From the NCBI RefSeq assembly GCF_009914755.1, contig NC_060929.1: DNA of 64,000 bases; one strand, 5' to 3'. Positions 41,261-58,270 of this stretch are shown one piece after another (within the stretch, counting starts at the first letter, position 1; every line of letters begins with the position of its first letter). Origin of the DNA: the human T2T-CHM13v2.0 reference genome, Homo sapiens. Made by a program: the position numbers and the translations under genes. The notes under the pieces are model-generated. The model saw nothing but the letters and a program-made list of their open reading frames with translations. It made no database searches and was not told the origin of the DNA.

Positions 41261-42429
41261 TCTTTCTGCCACAGACACCCAGGAGCTTCTCTTCGCTGTG
41301 TTCCCGTGGCATTGGAGTGTGTCTCGTTTCTTGTCTTCATTAAGTCAATGGTCCTTTAGGTTTAGCATGCACCATTTATGTGACTGGGGTCTGCCCACAT
41401 GATCTGGGAGTAGCCATTTAACAAGAAAATCACCTTTGTCTTCCATAGGTGCACTAAAAATACATTGATCATATTAATTTAGCACTTAGAACTGTTTCTC
41501 TCCAGTCCCTTAATTTAATATAAATGTGTTCCAGAACCCAGCTACCTGAGGCAGGGCTTCACTTGAATACAGAGGGCTTTTATTTTTCAGTACAAGGAAA
41601 CTGATTCTTTCAGAGTTGCGAATCAAACCAGCCTGCTATACACACATTGTACCATTACAGCTTGTAGGATGGAATGTTGAGATCATTTTAGCTTGAGAGA
41701 GAAAGAGAAAGACTCAAAATATAAATTGTTCTTCATTTTTATCTATAACAAATGTGGTTGCTCTAATGATAGCACATGAAGCGGGTTGTTTTATCATTCC
41801 TTAAATAAGACCTTGACATTCAGTACCTCCTCTTCCTGTCATTTGAAAGCCAGGAGAGTTTAAATTGTGTTCACCCTAGTATCTGTTCTTCCCAGGCACG
41901 CAGATGGCTGATGCAGTTTATAATGGTAACTCTGGTGATTAGAGCAGCATTGCGCACATAATAAAGCAAGCAATATGCAAACAGCATGAGCTGGATTCTG
42001 GAGGGCTCCTCCACAGGGTCTGAACTACTGCAGAGCAAGGCATTTAGAAAAAAGGTGGCAAATTCATGGCCATGGGTTCCACACCATCAATCAAGGCTTT
42101 CTTGCTGATAATAGATATAGCTTCTGATTCTTTAAAATATAGAATTCTGGGTGCTTACTTACCAATCAGATCTGACTACAAGACGAAACTTATTTGCCAT
42201 TTAAAAATTAGACGATCCCTAGCAAACAAGACTGCCAAGGATTGATCTTGGTCCCATGACTAATGGACCCCATGACCTGGTCCTACTAGAAATGAACCCC
42301 ATGGCCCTTGCTGTAAAGGTGACAACTCAAATATGTCACCTTATGTCGTAAAAGTGCACTTGACACTTACTGCCCCATTCATATTGGGAACTACATTTAC
42401 ACTGATTCAAGGGCCACACTCCAATAATA

Positions 42430-42870
42430 CTGGACAGTGGCTCCCCAACATATCACATGGTTCCAAACCTCTGTGCCCTTACATACCCTGTTCCTTCTGC
42501 CTGGAATGTCCTTTCCCTTCTAGGTGACTTATAAATCCTCTTGACATTTCAAGACTTCAAGATTAAATAATAGCAACTATCCATAACTCACTTCCTTCCT
42601 GGGTTATCTGCTACCCTTTCCCAACCCCTGCCAACCCTAGGCTAAGTGATGCACTCCTCTTCTGTGCTAACCATGTACTTTGGACATTCCTCTGTCATTC
42701 ACTTATCTCACTGACATTATTAGTATTCATAGTGCTACTTCTGTGTCTGTCTCCCTAATAAAGTACAAGGCCCTTGAGGATAACAACACTCTCTTACTTA
42801 TCCCCAGCACCAAAGTCAATGCCTAGCACACAGTAAATGCTCAGATGTGTGACAGAAAAATACATGGATT
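42430..42870 (+). mobile_element. L2 3' region
   Basis: ctgttccttctgcctggaatgtccttt...gcctagcacacagtaaatgctcag. Confidence 0.8.
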
Positions 42871-43021
42871 CATTTGTGAAAAATTAAAGAAGTGGGTACG
42901 TAATAAAAGGCAAAGGCAATCCTCCATGTGTTCATGTTTGCATCATTCAGAGGCAACACTTCCCACTCTACTCCCCTTTAAATTACAAATTTCTGCACGA
43001 AGACACTTGGGCTTCCTTCAG

Positions 43022-43510
43022 TGTATTAGTTAAGAGTGCATGTAGCTGCACAACAAAAAAACCTGAACAATCAGTTTAAACAAGCAAGGGTTTATTTTCT
43101 CACATAAGAAGTCTGGAACAAAGTGGCTGCTGATGTTGATTCAATGGTTTGCCATTATCAGGACTTGAAAATTCTATTCAATTATCCCCTCAAGATGTTT
43201 CCTAAATCTCTGGAGATAACTCCAACAGTCAGAACAGGAAGAAATGATAAGGGGGTTCCAGCTACATCTGCCTCCTCCCCAGACTTCTGCTCATATCTCA
43301 TCGGCCAAAACCAAGTCACATGATCAGGGGATATGTCTCACCCCCAAAGGTGAGGGAGGCTGGTAAGCTGGAAGGAAATTATCCTGACTGACTTGGGCCA
43401 GGCATGATCCATCACTAGGGCTGGGCACATTGTCTCCTAAACCAAATCATAGTTCTCTTGGTAAGAAAGACAGGAGAACTAGATATTGAGCAGACAACTA
43501 AAGCATATGC
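43022..43510 (-). mobile_element. MaLR LTR, MLT1K-like
   Basis: tgtattagttaag...ttaaacaagcaagggtttattttctcacataagaagtctgg...cagacttctgctcatatctcatcggcc...gggctgggcacattg. Confidence 0.8.
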
Positions 43511-43819
43511 GGATTCAGAAAATAGCTCAGCGCTTTAAAAATAAAAGATTACATCAGAATGCAAAAGAATCAACATTCACCACTCACTGTGAATCTTAAG
43601 GTTTCTCCTTTAAGACCCAATGAACATGACTTCAGGTGCCCTCCTGACTGCTCCACTGCCAGGACTAAGGCTAAGGCCATGGCTTTGCAGCAATGACTTC
43701 ACTATGCATTCAGCACAGATCTCTGAAACAGGAAGCTCGCCCAGATGTACTCAAATTCTGATTTTATGATATTACAACAATGAAATATCCTGTTCATTCA
43801 AGGAGCATCTCTGGAAAGG

Positions 43820-45035
43820 TGCTGATACACTGCTGGTGGGAGTGTAAACTGACACCAGCATTTTGAAAAGCAGTTTGACATTTTCTAGTTGTTCTGAAAT
43901 TATACCCAGGACTTAATTTATAGAGGCATGACTGAGTGACAACACAGAGAAGCTAATGCCACTGTAGAATTTATTACTTCATTTCCCAAGAGAAGGGGGC
44001 ATGCTTACCATGCAGGGCCACGTGGGAAGCACCGGTATGATCAGGAGGCAGAAGACAGGAGGTAGGGGAAAGCTGGGGGCACAGCCGTTATGACGGTTTC
44101 CTTGAAAAGGGAAGGCAGGGCAGAGTAAACAGTTTAGGATGAGCTAGTTTGAATAGCCTCTATCAGCCCTTGGGTTACAGGGTTGATCTCAAGTTGCCTG
44201 GAACTTGGCCCTGGGATAATTTAGGGCAGAAGAAGTATTGGCTTGGTATGTGAGAGTTAGATAAGGAAGGCGGTTGGGACTATAGATCCTGGATTTGTTG
44301 GCTTGTATATGAAAAGTATGCTCTTGGCCAAGCCCTTTGCAATCTCTAGGAATTGGCTCACCCTGGGAGGGGCAGTATCTCCCTGGGTCTGCAAGGCCCC
44401 CAAATGCCAGAGAATCAAGAATACAGAAAATGAGAAAAAACAGTTAATATACTTGGCCCTGTGATGAGTGGATGCCAAATAGACACACACAGAACACTAG
44501 TCAAGTTGAAGATATACATCTCTATGATCCAGCGATTCTATTCCTACATAAAAACCCTAGAAAAAATGCATGCACCAGGGAACATACCCAAACGTTAATA
44601 CCAGTGGGTAAATAAATACCCAACGGGAGTGGGTAAACTGTAGCATATCCATACCCTGGGATGCCAAATGGCAATAAAAACAGATCAACTAGAGATGCGC
44701 TTAACATTAATGAAGCTCATAAACAATACAGAGTGAAAGAGGCGAAGATACAAAATAATATCTTGTATATGATTTTCCTTATCTAAAGTTCCAAAGCAGG
44801 CAAAACTAAACTATAGTGCTTAGGGATACAGAGGTGGTCAAACTGTAAAGAAAGTTGTGATCACCTTAAAAGTCAGAATAGAGTGCTTTCCCCTGGGAGA
44901 TGAAGGGTTGTGGGGGGAAAGTAAGATGAGGGTTCCTGGGGTACTGATGATGTTGCATCCTTTGAAATAATGGTGTTCATTATTTGTTATACTAGACTTT
45001 TCTGTATGTATGCTATGTTTAATGATTTTTAAAGG
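43820..45035 (+). mobile_element. L1ME/L1MC 3' fragment split by MER74
   Basis: tacactgctggtgggagtgtaaactg (43826) continues as tatgatccagcgattctattcct...aggcaaaactaaactatag after 44498. Confidence 0.75.
43889..44450 (-). mobile_element. ERVL solo LTR, MER74-like
   Basis: Reverse strand ttttctgtattcttgattctctggcatttgggggccttgcagacccagggagatactgcccctcccagggtgagccaattcctagag. Confidence 0.8.
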
Positions 45036-46414
45036 GGTAAAAGAAAAAATGTAATTTATAGTCATTAAATGTCATTTATTAGGTACATAACCTCCCTTTA
45101 TCAATGTAAAGCCTGCTGCTATAGTAGAAAGGTAAAAAAATATATATAATCTTCTTCTGGTATACCATGACTACTGTAGCATAAAATATATGTTTATGAA
45201 AAATAAATTGACCTGGTGTTTTTTTGATGACCCTAAATTCTCACATTATCTTGTCTGCCTGGAGCCAGGCCCTCAAAAACGTGGTTGCTAGTGTTTGCAT
45301 TCTCCCTCCTGGGTCACCTCTTCCACAGAGGCAAATTTGAAAGCTGTTTCTGGAAGCCAGCATTGGCTGGTATTATGACCATATATAATTTTTTATATTT
45401 TTTAAGTAAGGAGGAATTATAAACTTCTTGAAGTTGGGAGGCAAAGAGATGCATCAAGGATAACTACATCCTGCCTGCTTCGGTGCCCCCTGTGGCTGCA
45501 ACTGGATATGGTGCCCCTTCTTCATTTCCCATCCTAAAGCAGTGTGCACTGCTGCTCTGTGTATGAAACAGCTGCCGGGGCCCTCCGCAGGCAGCTGCTT
45601 CTGGAGGTTGTGTGAAATGAGTCTGATATCCCTGGCGCCTCAGCACCTTAGCTCTAGGGTCCGTGATATGCTTCAGTGTACAGGTAAAAATTACGTGCTC
45701 AAAGCTTGAGATTTGCTTTTGGCTGCTTATTTTGTAAGCACCAAAGATCAGCATTTTATGGGGAAGCTCACATTCTCAGCAGGGGTGGGGGCTGAGGGGG
45801 GTATCTAATCAGCTGAGTGGCTTGAATTTTTGCCCTTGAACCAAAGCAGGTAGCAAGGGAGATACAAGACAGTACCAGGACCACTCTGAAATCTTGAGGA
45901 AAAACCTAATTGCATAGCCAAGTGCGTTACTCTGGCTGGAGTTGGCAAGAGGCCTAAAGGGTAAAATGCTGAAAGTAGGGGCAGTATGGTAAAGGTTTTT
46001 CTGTTTTGTTTTGTTTTTTGGTTTAATTTCTGGAAGAATTTACTTATGCTATTAGATATTGTAGTGTTAAAGTGAAGAAGGGTTTTGTTAAAAAAAAAAA
46101 AAAAGAAATCTGCTAGGAAAACAAAGAAAGACAGGGATATACAGGGAAAGAGATTTAAAGAGAGACAGAACACGAAGGAATACAGAGATGGATAGAGTTC
46201 CTAAAAGCAGAAACATGCTGAAAGACAGAGGTTTCTGTCCTGACAGTGGACAGGAACTTCCCTTGCCTTTGTTCATTCTGGAGGGTAAATATGTCAAGTT
46301 AGAACTCTTTGCACTCTCCAGGTTAGTACCGTACTTAAACCCATTTAATTACTGTGATGGATTGCATTCTTACCACCAAAAACCTTGTTCTCACTCGCCC
46401 TAACTACTAATGGG

Positions 46415-46424
46415 CTATAAATAG
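46415..46424. promoter_or_regulatory. Consensus MEF2 site
   Basis: CTATAAATAG = CTA(A/T)4TAG in non-repetitive sequence; function not shown. Confidence 0.45.
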
Positions 46425-48168
46425 GGCCTTTAAAAAGGAAACCATGTTTGATGTGGATTGTGTTCACCTGTGTTAATGACCTGCTGGGGAAACAGATTAG
46501 CTGCTGTCTGCCCATGACACTGCATCATGCATTTTACCACTGACCTGGTCTGGCCCAGTCCAGCGGGACAGAGGGCACTGCCCTGACTGTATATAAATCC
46601 AGGCTTTTATTGTGAAAAGAAACATCTCCAGTGAAGGAGAGCATTTATAGCAGGACAGAAAGAGCTCCAGTTATTGTTTGGTAAGCAGTTGAGTCCTAGG
46701 AGACTCTTCCAGGCGATGAGCAACTTCAGCTGGAAATAACTAAACAGCTCTAAAGGGAACGGGGGCTAAGGGGAAGGGGAAGTAATGAGCTCCAAGCCAC
46801 GAAAGAGTTAGAGCATAATTAACTCCCCCATGGTCTCACTGATGGTGTAGCGGTGCTGTCCAACCCTCCCAGCCCTTCCTCTTCAGCTAGAATTAAAGTT
46901 TAATTCAGTCTCAAAAGGGCATTAGGAAAAAAGCACTGCACAGTACAACAGGAAGAAATCAATGAACTTTACGGAGAAAAGATTACAACGTGGCTGCTCC
47001 TTCCTGCACAGTTTGCAGAGTGGGCTGACTTTAAAGTGCAACCATTGGATCATCTGAAGTAGACTGAAGGAAGTCTAAGTCTGGGCCATTTGGGAGAGAA
47101 AATGATGGAAATAGCTGTCTGATGCCTGGAGAAGCTATTTGTTTTGACTACTGCTGCTGCTATTTTCCTGAAGGTTGGAGCTCACAGGACTGGAAAATCA
47201 GCACCCTGAGCTGAGTAAAAGTATTTTCTTCAAACAGCTGGGAGGCCCTGTGCTTTGGCAGCTACATGCCTTTTTGGGTGTTCTGTGCTCAGGACAGGGA
47301 AACCTATTGTCAGTGGCCTATCTTCCACATTTCACACCCACGGCAGATCATCATTAATACCTCCTCCTCTATTCAGCAAAATTATTTCTATCAATAATTG
47401 GAAATTTTAAAAATAATGTGGCCAGGAAAGGCAGTGAAAATTTTTCTTTACTATATTTTTATACAATATAGCCCTGCAAGAAAGAAAGGAAGAAAGGAAG
47501 GGAGAGAGGGAAAGTTTATTATACATACATAAAAGGGAAAGGCACAACTATTTATTCAAGGGTTTTATATCCACCTTACAGCATGAGCTTTGATCCTTTC
47601 TTTACAATATATTATTTTATATAAAGAATTGTCCAGCGACATCTAAATAAATTTTAATAAAACCAAAATGTCTACAAAAAATACAAGTCAGGCAGCTATG
47701 AAATCATACAATTGTGGTACTATTTTATTTACTGGATTCATTATTTAGTTTTAAAAGGAATAATTATAATTTTAAAAGAAGAGTGCATTTCCATTTTAAA
47801 GCTATTATTTACATTCAGTAAAACAGTTTATGTATGAACTAGAATATGCACTTAACAAAAATTTCATACCGCACCAATTTTCAGTGTTTCACCGTTTCAA
47901 ATTTTAAACACAAACACTCAAAATGTTTGAGTGTCAGAAATGAGGTAATTCAACTTGTTTCTTTGTCTTTTGCAATCCTTGTTCTTTTTCAAATCTACTG
48001 TAGGAATATCCAGCACAATAAGCATTGAAGAAACAAATGGCAACGCAAGCTTAAAGAATTCCAAGCCATTATGAACTGACTCTTCAAATAAGTGCTTATT
48101 TTCACATAACCAGGGAGTTTCTGGATTAACTTCCATATAAGACATATTTATTAAAAGGTAAATAATTT

Positions 48169-48475
<307 letters not shown>

Positions 48476-48659
48476 TTAAAATGTGCTGATTTGAAGCCTA
48501 TATAGCATTAAAACTCAACAGTAACCACAACTATTGTTTAACATTTAGATCATTGAAAATTTTGTCAGGGAAGAGTTTTTATTATGACATTATTTAGAAG
48601 TGGGGGTACATGGTGCTATTAGAAAATGGATCTCAGGGATTGTATGCAGTATTTCAAGC

Positions 48660-48970
<311 letters not shown>

Positions 48971-49199
48971 AGATCCCATTTTAGTTGATTTGTCATTGTT
49001 TTTTAATTCTTTACAGATTTGCACCCCTATTGCTGGCACTGGGTGGACCTCCCCAAACGCTCTGCCCTTGGTGCTCTTCTGCCGGTTATTCTCGTCCATG
49101 ACCCCAGAGCCAGGGAGAATCTCACCAGTGCAGCCCAGGGCACCTCTGATAACATCTGAGCAGAGTGAAGGAGAAGAAACGCACGAGGCAGGCATCTCA

Positions 49200-49420
49200 T
49201 TTATGGAAGTGCTCCTCTGGGTCAAGCCCTCTGCCAATAATTTTCATGCATAATGGCCCTTTCATTCTCCCCAACAATTCTTCAAGGGAGGGTGATAATC
49301 CCAGGATATGGAAACAAGGAAAAGCAGACTACAAGAAGTTAAGTGACCTCCCCAATGACCCGCTGCTCATAAATGGTAGTATCAGAATTAAAACCCAGAT
49401 GAGGCTGCCCAGGACTGAGG
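49200..49420 (-). mobile_element. MIR SINE
   Basis: ttcattctccccaacaattc...agaagttaagtgacctccccaatgacc...aattaaaacccag. Confidence 0.7.
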
Positions 49421-49654
49421 TTTGTGTTACCCCCCGAAGGTGCGCACCATGGAGAATGGCCTGGAGTTTCCTGGCTGCATGTAAGTGCAGGAAGACATGC
49501 TAAGGGTACCACCGCTCTCAGTAGAGCAAGCACACTTCTCTCGGGCTCTTTCCTGAATTCAAGTAATCACACCTCGCACACCAACCCACTGCCAAGAAAG
49601 AGCTTTTATTTGACTCAGGAGGTAGAGAAAGTTTCACTGAAGGATTTCTAAATT

Positions 49655-49895
49655 TGTTCTCTTTCTTTCTTCCTTCCTTTTCTTTCTTCCTTCTTTCCTT
49701 CCTTTCTCTTTTCTTTCTTTTGTTCATTCTCTTTCATTTTTCTTTCTTTTTTTCTTTCTCTTTCTTTCCCTTGTCCATTCATTCGCCTTTCCTTTCTTTA
49801 TTTTTCTTGGCTTTTTTCTTTCATTTCTTTATATTCCCCTCTTTCGCTTTCTCTGAATTTTTATGTCTCTTTTTTGTTCTTTTTTATTCCCTTTT
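49655..49895. repeat. CT-rich low-complexity polypyrimidine tract
   Basis: About 240 bp of degenerate (TTTC)/(TTCC) units. Confidence 0.9.
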
Positions 49896-50687
49896 TAACC
49901 CACTTCCTTAACAACATCTGTATCTCGGGTGAAATTGCTGGAACTGTCACATTAAGTTCCAGAGAATTTCTCATTTGGGACCTTGCATATCACACATGGC
50001 TCCAAGGGGCTGATGGATTCCTTTTATGTCCTCTTTACTACTAAAGTTTATAGGGAACATCTTGTGTCTCTCTCTTTTCTCTGCTACATTAAAAATGATC
50101 ATCTAGCTCTCCATATGGCCAAAGTTTGAGGTCTTGCTTACTGGTTAGTATTGATTAGTACTTATTCATAACTGGTATAATATTTTTCCTACAGAGTACA
50201 AATTGCAATTTGCAGTATCAGACCTTAGAAAGCTTTGGACCACATAATAAATGCAAGATTTGACAAACATGAATCATGTTCTTTCTTCTCCTCTCCACTT
50301 TAGGCAGAGCTATTTTGTGTTTTTTGTGGTCTTGCCTTTGAGTATGACCAGGGGCAACAAGTTAAATGCTTGCCATCTCAGACTACCGGGGGAAGGGCTC
50401 CTCCCCAGTCACCAATGTGAGTGGCATAATGAGAGCTAAGGATAGCCCGGGGCCATGGGACTGCTACACAGCAGAGCCTTCCTTGAGTTTGTCTCCTCTG
50501 GAGGCATGTCCTTGACAATCTTCATAGCAACAAAACAGGTCAGTGAGGAAGGGAGAGAGCAACTGAAGGCTTCCTCTCCTTCCATAGCTAGCAGAGCAAC
50601 AGGCATCCTTACTATTATTTTCATTTTTATCCATTTACCTAGTCAAAACACATAGGAAGAGAATAAGCATCTTCAGAATAACAAAAA

Positions 50688-51167
50688 TGTATTAGTTAGG
50701 GTTAGGTTCCTCTGCATATAACAGTAGCTTACATAAGTGACTTAATGATATACAAATTTATTTTTCCCCACATAAAAGAGGTCTTGAGGTGGGCAGCCCC
50801 GAGGTGTAATGGAAGTTCCACAGTTACTGAAAACCAGGTGCTTTTTTATCTTTCTTTGCCATATACTTAACATATGGCTTTCATCCTCAAGGTCACCTCA
50901 TGGTCCAAGATAGCTGTTGGAATGCCAGCCATCATTTCTGCTTTCTAGGAGAGAACCAGGAAAAACGGAAAGGCAAAACATGTAGCTCTCCCGGTTGAGG
51001 CAGCATTCTTGAAGATTTCTGGAAACCCAACAAACAACTCCTACTTACAGGAGGCTAGGAAATATGTCTCTGTATCTAGGCCCATCACCAACCAGAATAC
51101 AATCAGAACCTGTGAGTGAGGAAGGAGAGAATCAATACTATGTAGGCATCCAGCAGTCTCTGCTCCA
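50688..51167 (-). mobile_element. MaLR LTR, MLT1J-like
   Basis: tgtattagttagggttagg...catcctcaaggtcacctcatggtccaagatagctg...cagcagtctctgctcca. Confidence 0.85.
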
Positions 51168-51309
51168 AGCGAGGTGCCAGCCCCTGAGCTAAGAACTTTA
51201 TATACATAGCCCTGCTTCTTCCTCAAAATACCTCCACTAGCCACAGGCCATCAGAGCTACAGAAGTCTCAGGAATTATTAATCCACCAACCCAATTTTAT
51301 TTTAACTAA

Positions 51310-51515
51310 CGTTTGAGTAGAGCTTTAGCATTTACAGAACTATGCCCCAGATCTCACTGAATTCTCAAAAACACTCCCTTAAGGTAAATATTATCTTAAC
51401 TTGATTTTCCGGTGCAGGAAGTTGAAATCTAGAAAGATTTCAGTGGTTGGCTCAAAGTCACATAGCTAATTAGAGGCAAAACTGGTACTAGCACTCAGAT
51501 CTCCTGATACCTAGC
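51310..51515 (-). mobile_element. MIR SINE
   Basis: gtggttggctcaaagtcacatagctaattagaggcaaaactggtactag. Confidence 0.7.
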
Positions 51516-51517
51516 CC

Positions 51518-51632
51518 ATCTTCCTTCCTTTCTTTCTCCTTCCTTCCTTCATTCCTTGCTTCTTTCTTTCCTTCCTTCCTTCCTTTCTTTCTTTTTCTTT
51601 CCCTTTCTTTCCTTCCTTCCTTCTTTTTTTCT
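51518..51632. repeat. (CCTT)n/(CTTT)n simple repeat
   Basis: Direct reading. Confidence 0.9.
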
Positions 51633-52044
51633 TAGAGATGAAAGATACAGAAAAGTTCAGAGATTATTATAAATGTCAAACCACTATCAATAAATGCTGA
51701 TGTTTTTGTCATTTTGCTTCAGAACTTTTTACTTTTAGATTTAAAAAAATTACTGAGAAGACTGAAATCCATTTTGTATTCCTCATCAATCACATTCCCC
51801 TTCCTCTCCAGAAATAATCAATATCATGAATTTGATGTGTATCTCCCTGGTCCATATTTCTCTTTTAATTTCTCACATGCATTCATAAATAATATAAATT
51901 GATCTTTTTGAAGCCTTTCTTTTTCACTCAACAATTGTTTTTGAACTTTATCCAGGTTATTGCATACAGTTCATTCATTCTAATTGCTATGGGATGTTCT
52001 ATCCATAAATATACAGTACATTTTATTTGTCCATTTCTATTTTC

Positions 52045-52290
52045 CTTCTACATATATTGAGAGCTTATTATGTGCCAGGAAGTATTCTAAAAGCTTTTTG
52101 TGTATTATCTCAATCATCATAACAAGTCCACGAGGAAGAGATTGTTATAATCCCTGGTGTATATAAGGAAGAAACTAAAGCAAGACAGAAATAGGAATCA
52201 GCCCAAGGTTTCACAGCTCTTAAGCCACAGAGCTAGAATTCAACACCAGAAGATCTGAATCCAGAATCCCGTCCCTTGACTTCTACTCTA
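52045..52290 (-). mobile_element. MIR SINE
   Basis: tattgagagcttattatgtgccagg...gcccaaggtttcacagct...agagctagaattcaac. Confidence 0.8.
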
Positions 52291-52299
52291 AATAACCCA

Positions 52300-52472
52300 G
52301 GCAAACTCAGGCATCCTCACCAGTACAGCCATTCCTGTTATTAAAATATTGCCCAAAACACTCTGCCCTGATCTGGCGGGACCCTGCCCCACTCTATGAC
52401 CAGCATATGTTCTGATTGGCTGGTGCCTGCCTGTACCTATTTTATTGCTAAATATTTTGAAAACCACTCCTA
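52300..52472. mobile_element. Small hAT DNA element, MER53-like
   Basis: ttctgattggctggtgcctgcctgtacc...ctaaatattttgaaaaccactcct terminus. Confidence 0.55.
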
Positions 52473-54375
52473 TTCTGTACTGACTAGACACTTGGGTTGT
52501 TTCCAATTCTTCGCCTCTACAAACAAGAAGACCTAGGGGTAGAAATGCTGAGTCATACATTATACCTATCAAAGATTTTACTAAAAACTGCTGATTGCTC
52601 TCGAAAGTTGACTACATTCATGAAATATACTAATAAGCTAATGTAAACTCCCATTTCTCACCAGTATTTTATGTCATTAACCATTTTGATTTTGCCAGTT
52701 TGTTGGGAATAAAAGTGTATCTCCTTGTCTTTATTTGCATTTTGCTGATTACTAATAAGGTAGAAAGTTTTTTTAATGTGTTTATTTGCCATTTGGATTT
52801 ATTCTGGTTTGAATTGTCTTTCTCTGCTCTTTGCTTTTTTTTAAAGTGGCTTCTTCTTTTATGTATTATCTCTTTTTTTTCGAATGTGTATATTTTCCTT
52901 TGTTTTTTTTCTTTCCAACTTTTAGGGTCAAGGGGTAAATGTACAGGTTTCTTACATGGGTATATTGTGTGTCACAGGGGTTTGGTATACAGATAATTTT
53001 GTCACCCAGGTAGTCATCATAGTACCCAGTAAGTAGTTTACCTGCCCTCCCCCTCCCACCAACCTCTTCCTTTATATGGTTTGGACATTAATCCTTTGCC
53101 TATAATACCTGGTACAAATTCTCCCCCTGCCTCATCTTTCCTGTTTTAATTTTAAACTTTATATACTCAAATGGATAAATATTTTTCTTTATAGGATACA
53201 CTTATTGGTATTTTAAAGAGTTTTCTCACTCTAGAAATAGTGAAGAAATCTGGTATTTTGTTCTTATTATTTTATAACTTTGTTTCTTATGTTTATTTTT
53301 GTGTGTGGTATGAGAAAGGAATCCAGCAATTTTCTTCTCCCTGGAAATTGTTCCAACATCATTAATTTAGTAAGTCATCTTTTCCCCACTGATTTTTAGT
53401 ACCACTTTGAACACACATATCCAAGTAACCTATGTGTACTGATCTGTTTCTCAGTCTTCTATGCTATTTCATCAATTTGTTTTTCTCTTCTCGGTATTCT
53501 TTCAGTTTAATTCTCTGGCTTAAAAATAATGCATGCTAGAGCCTGATGCCTTCTATCTACTCATACAATTCCTGTTGCCCTGATGCTGCACACAAGCCTA
53601 AAAGTTTGTTAAGTGTCTGACAGTTCTTCAGGAAGGGAAGCTAGAAGGCATATGGTCTCTTTGATTTCCACATCGGAGATTCCACTTGCGTGACTGAGAG
53701 ATCTACCTGTTTAGAGTGCATTCCTCTGCAGTAGAAGGAAGAATAAATTCTTTTTTTTCTAAGATTTTTTTTTTATTATTATACTTTAAGTTCTAGGGTA
53801 CATGTGCACAACATGCAGGTTTCTTACATATGTATACATGTGCCATGTTGGTGTGCTGCACCCATTAACTCATCATTTACATTAGGTATATCTCCTAATG
53901 CTATCCCTCCCCCCTCCCCCCACCCCACAACAGGCCCCAGTGTGTGATGTTCCCCTTCCTGTGGCCAAGTATTCTCATTGTTCAATTTCCACCTATGACT
54001 GAGAACATGCGGTGCTTGGTTTTTCGTCCTTGTGATAGTTTGCTGAGAATGATGGTTTCCAGCTTCATCCACGTCCCTACAAATGACATGAACTCATCCT
54101 TTTTTACGGCTGCATAGTATTCCACGGTGTATACGTGCCACGTTTTCTTTTTTTGTTTTATTTTATTATTATTATACTTTAAGTTTTAGGGTACATGTGC
54201 ACAATGTGCAGGTTAGTTACTTATGTATACATGTGCCATGCTGGTGTGCTGCACCCATTAACTCATCATTTAGCATTAGGTATATCTCCTAATGCTATCC
54301 CTCCCTACTCCCCCCACCCAACAACAGTCCCCACAGTCTGATGTTCCCCTTCCTGTGTCCATGTGTTCTCATTGT

Positions 54376-58175
<3,800 letters not shown>

Positions 58176-58270
58176 TATGATGTTAGCTGGTTGTTTTGCT
58201 CATTAGTTATGCAGTTTCTTCCTAGCATCAATGGTCTTTACAATTTAGCCTGTTTTTGCAGTGGCTGATA

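Larger units (their letters stand above)
51640..53480 (-). mobile_element. Old L1ME fragments, with nested MIR, hAT element and a short L1P 3' piece at ~52905-53070
   Basis: ctttctttttcactcaacaattgtttttg; gacacttgggttgtttccaatt; tttatttgcattttgctgattactaataagg; ttgttccaacatcatt. Confidence 0.7.

Noticed and set aside
49518-49911. Phe/Leu/Ser-rich and Lys/Arg/Glu-rich ORFs resembling membrane or basic proteins
   Set aside because: Translations of the CT-rich low-complexity tract.
53752-54146. Outer L1 3' end as a 3' transduction or a separate neighbouring insertion
   Set aside because: It matches the older subfamily of the L1 body and breaks at an endonuclease-type site in register with the continuing sequence, which fits an internal insertion better; not formally excluded.
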